A DNA stretch of 64,000 bases from Bdellovibrionales bacterium (lineage in GTDB: Bacteria; Bdellovibrionota; Bdellovibrionia; Bdellovibrionales; UBA1609), in the NCBI GenBank assembly GCA_965203095.1, contig OZ241877.1, positions 1,440,001-1,504,000 on the forward strand, in the 5' to 3' direction. Position 1 is the stretch's first letter, and each line of letters opens with the position of its first letter. Shown here in pieces: positions 29,762-37,769 of this stretch. The translations under genes were made by a program, and so were the position numbers. The notes below the pieces were generated by a model, which was not told the origin of the DNA, made no database searches, and worked only from the letters and a program-made list of their open reading frames with translations.

Positions 29762-30541
29762 ATAGCCTCCTTTCTTTAATAAAGCCTTCTTAATAGCCTC
29801 TTCCTCCAACTTGTTCCAAAGCTTAATATTTACCCCCGCCGACCTCAAATACTTGGCCACAGCCAATATCCACTCATCACGCTTAAAAACCCTAAAAAAA
29901 GCAAATAATACCTCCCGCAACTCCCGCTCATTATCCTTTAAAAACCACACACGGTCCAACAACTGTAAAACCCGACCCGTCTTAAAACTCCGATCATCAA
30001 AAACCCTCTGAACCCTCCTATCCCCTGTATTCAATAACCTCAAACCATAATTTAACATGTTTTTTCTAAAAGATCGAGGAATTTTTAAAAAAAACTCTCC
30101 TAAAACAGCCTCCTGAAAAGACAACTTCCAACTCCAAGGGACTTTTCCGTGATAAAACAAAACAGGAATTACTACTATCCTCTGTTGGGACTGCTCATAA
30201 AGCTTTGTCTGATACCTTAAAACCTGCTTAAAGAGATTTTTGTCATATTTAGACTTATGCTCAAACAAGACGACTATCCTGATCTGGCTTTTAGGAAAGT
30301 TTTTTAGGGGAAAAGACAAAACCAAGTCCATTTGCTTATCTTTAAAAAGGCTTTTTTCTACTTTGAGTTTTGATAGATTACAGGCTTTTAACTCCTCTTT
30401 AGACAATATCAATCTCACAATCTCCTCAGCAAATTGAGGCTGAGAATAGAATCTTTTAAAAAATTTGTCGTGATGGTTTCCGGGCTTTAATACCGAAAAT
30501 TCCCCAAGTTCTTTTCTGGTTTTTTGAGTTTTGATTTTCAT
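29558..30541 (-). CDS. Rpn/YhgA-family recombination-promoting nuclease (PD-(D/E)XK)
   Basis: HDKFFK, MDLVL, LFEHKS, VIPVLFYHG, C-terminal EG[R/E] repeats and TGL tail; SD AAGGAG; promoter TTGCTT-17-TATACT (30595-30623). Confidence 0.88.
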   Translation of the reverse strand: MKIKTQKTRKELGEFSVLKPGNHHDKFFKRFYSQPQFAEEIVRLILSKEELKACNLSKLKVEKSLFKDKQMDLVLSFPLKNFPKSQIRIVVLFEHKSKYDKNLFKQVLRYQTKLYEQSQQRIVVIPVLFYHGKVPWSWKLSFQEAVLGEFFLKIPRSFRKNMLNYGLRLLNTGDRRVQRVFDDRSFKTGRVLQLLDRVWFLKDNERELREVLFAFFRVFKRDEWILAVAKYLRSAGVNIKLWNKLEEEAIKKALLKKGGYMDIKEEIRLEGRWEGEKKGFRKGRQEGREEGREEVIRNMLREKVDLAVIVKVTGLPVREIKKLKNGS

Positions 30542-30671
30542 TGGTATATTCTCCTTATTAGTTGGTGTTTAACTTACTGAGAATCCAAAAAAATAGTATA
30601 AAGTGCTTTTTATGGAAAAGCAAGCTATGGCTTAAAGAAATTGAAGAATAATGCAATCTTTTTAACAAGGC

Positions 30672-30737
30672 TTTTCACAGGCGATTAAGTCGCTCGTGAA
30701 AAAGCTCTGTCCGTTATCGCATAAGCAAAAGACCAGC
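30672..30737. repeat. Family-A right end abutting a family-A left arm
   Basis: TTTTCACAGGCGATTA directly followed by AGTCGCTCGTGAAAAAGCTCTGTCCGTTATCGCATAAGCAAAAGACCAGC. Confidence 0.8.
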
Positions 30738-30843
30738 TTAAAGGACAAAGCCCCACAATAAAGCTCTGCCCTTTTTGTGAAAAATTTACAAAATGCTTTA
30801 AAAGAGTTTGTTTTCCCGGACAATCCTGCTATAAACAAACACA

Positions 30844-31113
30844 ATGAAAATACTATTGAGCCTTATCCTTTTAATGAACTTGCCGGCTTTTGCTAACTGC
30901 CGGGATGTTTTTGATCCTAAAAAAGAACAACTGGCAGACCTGATCACCCCAGCGAATTATAAAGACTTTAAGAGGGGATATAATCGGGGAGGATTAGAGA
31001 TTGGGATTGTGATGGCGATAGGAATTGTGATAGGGACGGTAGTGGCGGATTTTTTTCCGCCGATGGAGGTATTCTTTGAAGACAAGGAGAGCATTGAACA
31101 CAGACAAGATTAA
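30844..31113 (+). CDS. Small secreted/membrane peptide, paralog 2
   Basis: MKILLSLILLMNLPAFA signal; KDFKRGY; hydrophobic GIVMAIGIVIGTVV helix. Confidence 0.75.
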   Translation: MKILLSLILLMNLPAFANCRDVFDPKKEQLADLITPANYKDFKRGYNRGGLEIGIVMAIGIVIGTVVADFFPPMEVFFEDKESIEHRQD

Positions 31114-31189
31114 CTGGGTGGATTGAGCCCTCAAAATCTCTATTATTACATAGCGTTGTGCGAAGTCAGGATAAATCTTGTATGGCCAT

Positions 31190-31294
31190 AAGCAAACAGC
31201 CCGGAGACCGGGCTGAATGCAAAAACAAAGGAATTAATATGTCCGTCATAGAAACAGACATAAGCATTATCGGCCAGCGATCAACAAAAGTCAA
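31190..31294 (-). ncRNA. Candidate small RNA copy 1, including its promoter (RNA ~31260-31190)
   Basis: TTGACT-17-GATAAT, 5' hairpin ATGTCTGT/ACGGACAT, U-rich linker, CAGCCCGG-TCT-CCGGGCTG-TTTGCTT terminator; homologous to 44335-44448. Confidence 0.55.
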
Positions 31295-31481
31295 TTTTTT
31301 TTATGATTGAGGCTAATTTAACGGGGAATCTTATTTTTTTTCAGAATCTTTAATCTTTCCCATAATAAACCAGGTTCATGGTATTTTAATGGTTTTTTTC
31401 AGGCTGTTTCACTTTCCCTTGGCACTATCAAAGTTTGATTGTAAAGCTCAACTTAGCTTATTGGGGCAATGGCAGGTATTT

Positions 31482-31898
31482 TTAGCAGAAGGGAAAAACA
31501 AGGCATTTTTTTGGGAAACATACTTGTCTTGCTCGAATATAAAACCGCCTGGCCCTCTCAAAAGCACTTAAGCCGGGGTGCAATTTACAGGCAAGAGCAA
31601 ATTCTTCTCTGGAAAATGGAGTAAGGCCAATAGCCTCAATTAGCTTTTCTTTTTTGTTTCTGAGAACTTTAAAAAAGTTAACTACTTCCCCGTCTAAGTC
31701 ATTGTAGGTTTCCACCGGAGAAGGTTTCCGATTGAGTAAAACTGCTCCAGAACCGGCAAAAGGTTCGCAGTAATGGTGGCATTCTGGCAATAATGGGAGG
31801 AGCCAGTCTAAATGGCTGAATTTCCCCCCATACCAACCAAAGGGGATAAGTTTTTTCCCTTGAAGAATCTTTATTGGAGAAGGTTTATTTTTACCCAT
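31482..31898 (-). pseudogene. Truncated Dam/D12-class N6-adenine DNA methyltransferase
   Basis: WYGGK motif X, EPFAGSGAV motif I and YND present; ends after RARQV with no DPPY motif IV. Confidence 0.8.
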
Positions 31899-31949
31899 AA
31901 GTGATCTTTTTCAACAAAAAAGGATACCTGTCAAGTATAGTAAAAAAAT

Positions 31950-33062
31950 TTAAAAGTCTTCAATGGTTTTTAAAGGGAGGTTTAAAGCTGTAGCTACAGG
32001 GGGGCAAACCACTTGGCCCTTATAAACATTTAAGCCTTTTTTAAGAAAAGGATTTTCCCTCAGAGCCTTTTTAAAACCTTTTGTAGCTATCTCCAGGATA
32101 TAGGGGAAGCTCACATTTGTAAGAGCATGAGTAGAAGTGATGGGGACAGCACTGGGAATATTGGGCACACAGTAATGAATCACATCATAAAGGTTGTAAA
32201 TAGGTTTTTCGTGAGAAGTGGGGCGAGCAGTTTCCACACAGCCCCCCTGATCGATGGAAATATCTGCCACAACACTTTTTTTAGGCATAGCTTGAATCAT
32301 CTCTTTAGTGATGAGCTTAGGGGCTTTTCGCCCTTTAAGTAAAACCGCCCCAATTAATAGATCGGTTTTTTTAAGAGAGGACAAAATGTTTTCCTTATTA
32401 GAGATTAAAAGTTGAACATTCTGACCTTTAAAAATTTGAGAAAGCTTTTTTAAACGATTTTTGTCAATGTCTAAAATAGTGACTCTTGCGGATAAAGCCA
32501 AGGCTGTTTTTGCAGAGTGAACACCAGCAGTCCCTCCCCCAAGGACAGTGACTTGCACTGGCTCTGCCCCCGCTACAGGTCCAGCTAAAATGCCTTTCCC
32601 CCCAACAAATTTTTGCAAATAATAAAGACCATTTTGAAGAGCCACACAGCCAGCCACCTGGCTCATAGGGGTTAAAAGTGGCAAAGCCCCTTCATGATTT
32701 TCAATCGTTTCGTAAGCTATGGCCACAGTTTTTTTAGAACAAAGGGCAGAGGTGAGTTGAGGTTCTGCCGCCAAGTGCAAAAAAGTAAAGATAATTTGAT
32801 CCTCCTTAAAAAAATTATATTCTTCAGGAAGAGGCTCTTTAACTTTGACGATCATTTCTGATCGGCGGTAAACTTCTTCTAAACTCGTGACAAGCTCTGC
32901 TCCAGCTTTTAAATAAGCGGAGTCGGGGATCCCGCTCTCTAAACCTGCCTTTTTTTGGACTATGAGCTTATGCCCTTTTTGACAGAGTTGGCGGGCATTT
33001 TTATCCGTCAATCCCACCCGGAACTCTGAGTTCTTGATTTCTTTAGGAAGACCAATAATCAA
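31950..33062 (-). CDS. ald: Alanine dehydrogenase
   Basis: IGLPKEIKNSEFRV, VKVKEP, FLHLA, PLLTPMS.VAG, DQGGCVET, HYCVPNIP. Confidence 0.96.
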   Translation of the reverse strand: MIIGLPKEIKNSEFRVGLTDKNARQLCQKGHKLIVQKKAGLESGIPDSAYLKAGAELVTSLEEVYRRSEMIVKVKEPLPEEYNFFKEDQIIFTFLHLAAEPQLTSALCSKKTVAIAYETIENHEGALPLLTPMSQVAGCVALQNGLYYLQKFVGGKGILAGPVAGAEPVQVTVLGGGTAGVHSAKTALALSARVTILDIDKNRLKKLSQIFKGQNVQLLISNKENILSSLKKTDLLIGAVLLKGRKAPKLITKEMIQAMPKKSVVADISIDQGGCVETARPTSHEKPIYNLYDVIHYCVPNIPSAVPITSTHALTNVSFPYILEIATKGFKKALRENPFLKKGLNVYKGQVVCPPVATALNLPLKTIEDF

Positions 33063-33073
33063 AACAATACTCC

Positions 33074-34075
33074 TTATTTTTTAAATTCCTGAGAGATAAA
33101 ATTCTCTCCTTTAGAAGTTAAGACTCGGCCTCTGGGGGTTTTCCTTATAAAACCCTGCCGAATCAAATAAGGTTCGTAAAAATCCTCTAAGGTGTCGGCC
33201 TCTTCGCTTAAAGCGGAGGAGAGGGTATCTATACCCACAGGTTTTCCAGAAAAATTAAAATGAAGGCTTTTTAAAATTTCCATATCTAAACGGTTCAAAC
33301 CCAATTTGTTTATCCCTAATTCTGTTAAAGCATGATGAGCCAGCTCTTTATCAATCCGATCCTTTTTAGCTACTTGTGCATAATCCCTTATTCGCCTTAA
33401 AAGGCGATTGACAATTCGAGGTGTCCCGCGACTTCTTTCAGATATCTCTTTAGCACCAGAGGGGCTGAGCTGTATTTTAAGAAGCTTAGCCGATCGCTTG
33501 GCAATAGCACAAAGAGAATCCCTGTTATAATAATCCAGCCTCTCCATAATGCCAAAGCGATCTCGGAAAGGAGCTTTTAAAAGTCCAGTTCTGGTTGTGG
33601 CACCAATCAAAGTGAAAGGGGAGAGTTGGAAACGAACAGAATGGGCCCCCAGCCCTTCACCGGTCACAATGTCAATAAAAAAATCCTCCATAGCACTGTA
33701 AAGGTATTCTTCCAAATCAGAGCTGAGGCGATGAATTTCATCAATAAAAAAAACCGATCGAGGTGTTAATGTTGTAAGGAGAGAGGCCAGATCCCCCTTT
33801 CTCCTTATAGCTGGTCCTGAAGTGCTTACATAATCCACTTTCATACTGTCGGCAATAATGCGAGCTAAAGTGGTTTTACCCAACCCCGGAGGGCCGGAGA
33901 GCAGGGTGTGATCTAAAGGCTCTTTTCGCTCTAAGGTCGCAGATACAAAAACCTTCAGCTGTTTTTTGATAAAATCCTGACCCGGAAACTCATCAAAGTT
34001 TTTTGGCCGAAGGGCCCTTTCCATCTGCCGGTCCTCTGATTGCCGATTCAAGCCCAAAAGGGATTTTGTGGTCAT
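33074..34075 (-). CDS. ruvB: Holliday junction branch migration helicase
   Basis: LRPK, GPPGLGKTTLA, FIDEIHR, FTLIGATTR, RGTPR, TPRGR. Confidence 0.97.
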   Translation of the reverse strand: MTTKSLLGLNRQSEDRQMERALRPKNFDEFPGQDFIKKQLKVFVSATLERKEPLDHTLLSGPPGLGKTTLARIIADSMKVDYVSTSGPAIRRKGDLASLLTTLTPRSVFFIDEIHRLSSDLEEYLYSAMEDFFIDIVTGEGLGAHSVRFQLSPFTLIGATTRTGLLKAPFRDRFGIMERLDYYNRDSLCAIAKRSAKLLKIQLSPSGAKEISERSRGTPRIVNRLLRRIRDYAQVAKKDRIDKELAHHALTELGINKLGLNRLDMEILKSLHFNFSGKPVGIDTLSSALSEEADTLEDFYEPYLIRQGFIRKTPRGRVLTSKGENFISQEFKK

Positions 34076-34321
34076 AACCTATCCTTGCAAGAAGTGAATG
34101 CTCAACTAAAATAATATAGTGCTTTTATATAGAAAAACCTTTAAAAATTCAAATCAAAATCTTGCATTCAGTCCATAAGAGGAGTTTGTCAAGTTTTTTT
34201 TAGCCATATCATAGGGACTGAGCAGAAGTTCAGTTCGCTAAGAGGCTTTTTTCGGGTTTTTTCTCAAGATTAAGGAAAGTCATTGGTTTTTTATCCAAAA
34301 TCGCTTTTAATAGGGGAAATT

Positions 34322-35134
34322 ATGAAAAAGCTTTTTTCTGCCTTATTGGACATTTTATTAAAGGCTTTGCGTGTCAAATCCGCATTTCAGTTCTTAAAAA
34401 AACATAAGCCTTTTCTTATCACCCTTTTAGTCGCCTTGGCTATTGTTTTCATAGAATGGTTTAAAAGCTTTGATACTGCTGAACTTATGGAAAACAAAAA
34501 ACTCCTTTTGTCCTGGGTCGAAGGGCGACCTTTAATTTCCAGCCTGTCCTTTTTTCTTGTTTATTTTTTTATTTCTGTTTTGAGCTTTCCGGGGACAGCT
34601 GTTTTGAGCATAATTAGTGGCTTTTTGTTTGGCTTTTTTAAAGGAACTTTGCTTTCCCTTTTGGCTGTCAGTATAGGTTCAGGCACTGCTTTTTTGCTCA
34701 CTCGGTTTTTTCTAAAAGATTTTTTTATTAAAAAGGGTGGGGCCAAAATGCAAAAAATCTATAAAATTTTAGAAAAAGATGAAATGTATTATTTGTTTGC
34801 ACTGAGGCTTTTCCCTTTCATCCCTCTTTTTTTTACCAATATTGCTATGGCTTTGTCCTCTATGAGCTGGGGGGCTTTTTTTGCTGTCAGTTTTTTATCT
34901 TTACTTCCCTCAATGGCCATTTATGCCAATATGGGCACCCAGCTTTCTTATTTGGAGGATTGGCGAGGGCTTTCTGACCCTGGCCTTTTAACGGCTTTTG
35001 CACTTATAGGCTTATTCCCTTTATTTGTTCGGCTGGGATTACGGTTCTTTAAAAAACTCAAAAAATCTAAAGAGGGTTTGTCAATAGATATGGTAGCGGG
35101 AAAGGGATTTGAACCCCCGACACATGGATTATGA
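34322..35134 (+). CDS. TVP38/TMEM64 (DedA/VTT-domain) membrane protein
   Basis: PG...GFLFG...G..AF..R and LRLFPFIP..N motifs; start ATG 34322 after GGGG. Confidence 0.85.
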   Translation: MKKLFSALLDILLKALRVKSAFQFLKKHKPFLITLLVALAIVFIEWFKSFDTAELMENKKLLLSWVEGRPLISSLSFFLVYFFISVLSFPGTAVLSIISGFLFGFFKGTLLSLLAVSIGSGTAFLLTRFFLKDFFIKKGGAKMQKIYKILEKDEMYYLFALRLFPFIPLFFTNIAMALSSMSWGAFFAVSFLSLLPSMAIYANMGTQLSYLEDWRGLSDPGLLTAFALIGLFPLFVRLGLRFFKKLKKSKEGLSIDMVAGKGFEPPTHGL

Positions 35135-35167
35135 TTCCACTGCTCTAACCACCTGAGCTATCCCGCC
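35091..35167 (-). tRNA. tRNA-Met(CAT), probably elongator
   Basis: GGCGGGATAGCTCAGGTGGTTAGAGCAGTGGAATCATAATCCATGTGTCGGGGGTTCAAATCCCTTTCCCGCTACCA folds as a cloverleaf with encoded CCA. Confidence 0.93.
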
Positions 35168-35277
35168 ACTATTTAATGTTTATAGGATGAAGTTCAAAAT
35201 TTCAATAAAATCCTTTGGAAAAAACTGGACTCTATTGAGATCTGGTATTACTGTCTTTAAATTGAAAGGGATGGGCT

Positions 35278-35724
35278 ATGTTAAAAAGAGCTATAATTGT
35301 TTTGTTCCTGCTAATATTGGGGACTTCTTGCACCCATACAGAGGAGGGTCTGAATAGTCGGTCTTTCCCAGTGCATAAGGATAAGGTTTGGGAGGTTTTA
35401 GTTGCTGTTTTAAAATCTTACCCTTTAAAGACTATTGATGAGCAGAGTGGCTATATTGAGACAAAAAGGCTGAGATCCCAGCAATTTTGGAAAGCACCTC
35501 ATCAAAAAGACCAGGATCTGACCGGATACAGCTCTGTTATCACTATCACTTTAAATTATGAAGAACCTATATCCACTGTCTCTATTGATAAAAAGGTTTA
35601 TAAGCAAGAAGGTTTTATTTCCCGTGAGGAGGAGATTCCCTCTGATTTGTTGGAAGAGAGCATTTTACTTTATCGAGTGGAGCGGGAGTTAAGCATTAGA
35701 TCCCGTTTGAGCCGATGGCATTAG
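35278..35724 (+). CDS. Hypothetical lipoprotein
   Basis: Signal peptide ending LGTSC; W...L..YP....D...G.IET pattern. Confidence 0.7.
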   Translation: MLKRAIIVLFLLILGTSCTHTEEGLNSRSFPVHKDKVWEVLVAVLKSYPLKTIDEQSGYIETKRLRSQQFWKAPHQKDQDLTGYSSVITITLNYEEPISTVSIDKKVYKQEGFISREEEIPSDLLEESILLYRVERELSIRSRLSRWH

Positions 35725-35729
35725 GTTTT

Positions 35730-37112
35730 TTATAAGTCTTTGTCGTAGGGGGATTTGATCCCTTTTTTCTTTATTTTTTCAATTAAAGTGGTCCGATTTA
35801 AGTTTAAAAGCCGGGCCGCTCTTCTCTTGTTCCAGTTGGTTTTTTGAAGAGCCTTTGTGAGGAGGGAGTCTTCACAAGCGGTTATTGCACTGTTAAAATC
35901 CATACCTTCATTAGGTATTTCAATGGTTTTCAAAGGGTTAATTTGTGTCTCTTTCTTAATGTATTTTTTAGGCAGTTCTTGAACACTTATTTCTCCCTCT
36001 TCTTTAAATACACAAAGCCTTTCAATTAAATTTTCCAGCTCCCGGATATTCCCCGGCCAAGGGCAACTGCACAAGCAGTTTAAAGCCGAGTCGGATAAAG
36101 TGATTTTCCCCTTCCCCATTTTTTTTAAAAAGCACTGGATCAAGAGGGGAATGTCTTGCCTCCTCTCTCTAAGAGGAGAGATAAATAAAGGGATAATGTT
36201 GAGCCGATAGTAAAGGTCTTCTCTAAATTCTCCTTTTTCCACTGCTTTTTCTAAATCCACATTTGTAGCCGCAATGATTCGAGCTTTTACAGGGAGATCT
36301 TCCGATCCTCCTACAGGACGAAAGGCCCTTTCCTGAAGGACTCTTAAAAGTTTGACCTGCAAGCTTAAGTCCATAGCTCCAATTTCATCTAAAAATAAAG
36401 AGCCGTCCTCTGCTGTGGAAAAATAACCTCTGTGATGCTGGACAGCACCTGTAAAAGAACCTTTTCGATGGCCAAAAAATTCACTTTCTAAAAGATCTTT
36501 AGGGATAGCCCCGCAATTTACACTCACAAAAGGCTTATCACTGTTTTTGCAAGAATGGATGCTCCGGGCCACCAGCTCTTTTCCCGTTCCGCTTTCCCCT
36601 GTAATTAAGACATTGGACGAGCTTTTTGCTATTTTGCGAAGGGACTCTGTGAGTTGCAAAATGGCCTGGCTTTGGCCAATGATCTGATCAAAATGAAATT
36701 GTTTTTTGATGTTGGCCTTAAGATTTTTGTTTTGATCCATAAGGTCCTTTTGCTGAAAAACTTTTTTGACAAGATGGAGCATGGCTGGTGGCTCAAAGGG
36801 TTTGGGTATAAAGTAAAAAATGCCTTTGTGAATGGCTGTGACAATGGTAATATGGATGGAGTGCTCTCCAGTGATTAAAATGGATTGTAATAGTGGTTGC
36901 TCTTTTTTTAGGGAAGAGATCAGATCCACACCACTTCCGTCTCTTAAGTTGAGATCCACGATAGCGAGATCCAATTTTAAAGAGGGGGCCATAAGCTGGG
37001 CTGATTTAAGCCCGCTGGCCACGGTAATACTATAATAGGGCTTATTTAAAAGGCTTTTTAAAGCCAGCCGTAAAGAGGGATCATCATCAACAATTAAAAT
37101 ATTCCTTAACAT
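35730..37112 (-). CDS. Sigma54-dependent response regulator (NtrC/AtoC family)
   Basis: Receiver ILIVDDD, GESGTGKE, GSFTGA loop, LFLDEIG, WPGNIREL, Fis-type HTH. Confidence 0.94.
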   Translation of the reverse strand: MLRNILIVDDDPSLRLALKSLLNKPYYSITVASGLKSAQLMAPSLKLDLAIVDLNLRDGSGVDLISSLKKEQPLLQSILITGEHSIHITIVTAIHKGIFYFIPKPFEPPAMLHLVKKVFQQKDLMDQNKNLKANIKKQFHFDQIIGQSQAILQLTESLRKIAKSSSNVLITGESGTGKELVARSIHSCKNSDKPFVSVNCGAIPKDLLESEFFGHRKGSFTGAVQHHRGYFSTAEDGSLFLDEIGAMDLSLQVKLLRVLQERAFRPVGGSEDLPVKARIIAATNVDLEKAVEKGEFREDLYYRLNIIPLFISPLRERRQDIPLLIQCFLKKMGKGKITLSDSALNCLCSCPWPGNIRELENLIERLCVFKEEGEISVQELPKKYIKKETQINPLKTIEIPNEGMDFNSAITACEDSLLTKALQKTNWNKRRAARLLNLNRTTLIEKIKKKGIKSPYDKDL

Positions 37113-37280
37113 TTTTTTAGAATACTTAAAAAAATCCTTTTTTAGTGCCAACTTTCTTTAAAAACTGGACGAATTTTTTTAAAACTCAAAAAAAAGAAGG
37201 TTCTGCTCCTTCTTTCAGAAAAGCTTTATTTAGCAAAACAAAGCTTGATCTTTTTCAGGGCTGGTTTTATAGAGTTTTTT

Positions 37281-37748
37281 ATGCCTTCTTGTTCTCGTTT
37301 TTGGCTTATGAAGTCGGAGCCTAACTCTTACTCCATACAGGATTTAAAAAGGGATAAAAAAGCCTTTTGGGATGGCGTGAGGAACTATCAGGCCCGGAAT
37401 TTCATGATGCAGGATATGCAAGTGGGGGATAAGGTTTTGTTTTATCATTCCAACGCTCGTCCTCCTGGGGTGGCGGGCTTGGCTTTTGTCTGTGAACCGG
37501 CAAAAGCCGATCCCACATCTTGGGACAAAAACTCTCAGTATTATGATCCTCGATCTTCAAAAGTCTGCCCCCGATGGTTTGCTGTAACAGTTCAGTTTGT
37601 AAGGGCTTTCCCAAAAATTATATCCATAGGGAGTTTGAGGGCGGAGAAGGCTTTAAAAAATTTACTTCTTTTAAAAAAAGGCCAGAGGCTTTCCGTTTTG
37701 CCGGTGAGCCCAAGGGAATATGATCATATAGTTAAGATGGCTTTATAG
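37281..37748 (+). CDS. EVE domain protein
   Basis: WLMKSEP, WDGVRNYQARN, GD..LFYHS, RLSVLPV. Confidence 0.93.
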   Translation: MPSCSRFWLMKSEPNSYSIQDLKRDKKAFWDGVRNYQARNFMMQDMQVGDKVLFYHSNARPPGVAGLAFVCEPAKADPTSWDKNSQYYDPRSSKVCPRWFAVTVQFVRAFPKIISIGSLRAEKALKNLLLLKKGQRLSVLPVSPREYDHIVKMAL

Positions 37749-37769
37749 GCTGTCTCACAAAAATATATA

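Noticed and set aside
31148..31170. Integron attC site or group II intron 5' end (GTTGTGCG)
   Set aside because: No complementary attC arm, no intron domain V, and no integrase or reverse transcriptase in the window
31185..31282. c-di-GMP-I riboswitch-like GCAAAC..GAGA..GCAAA pattern on the + strand
   Set aside because: Second stem does not fit well, no downstream + strand gene, and the homologous copy is better explained as promoter + terminator on the opposite strand; an Rfam scan would settle it
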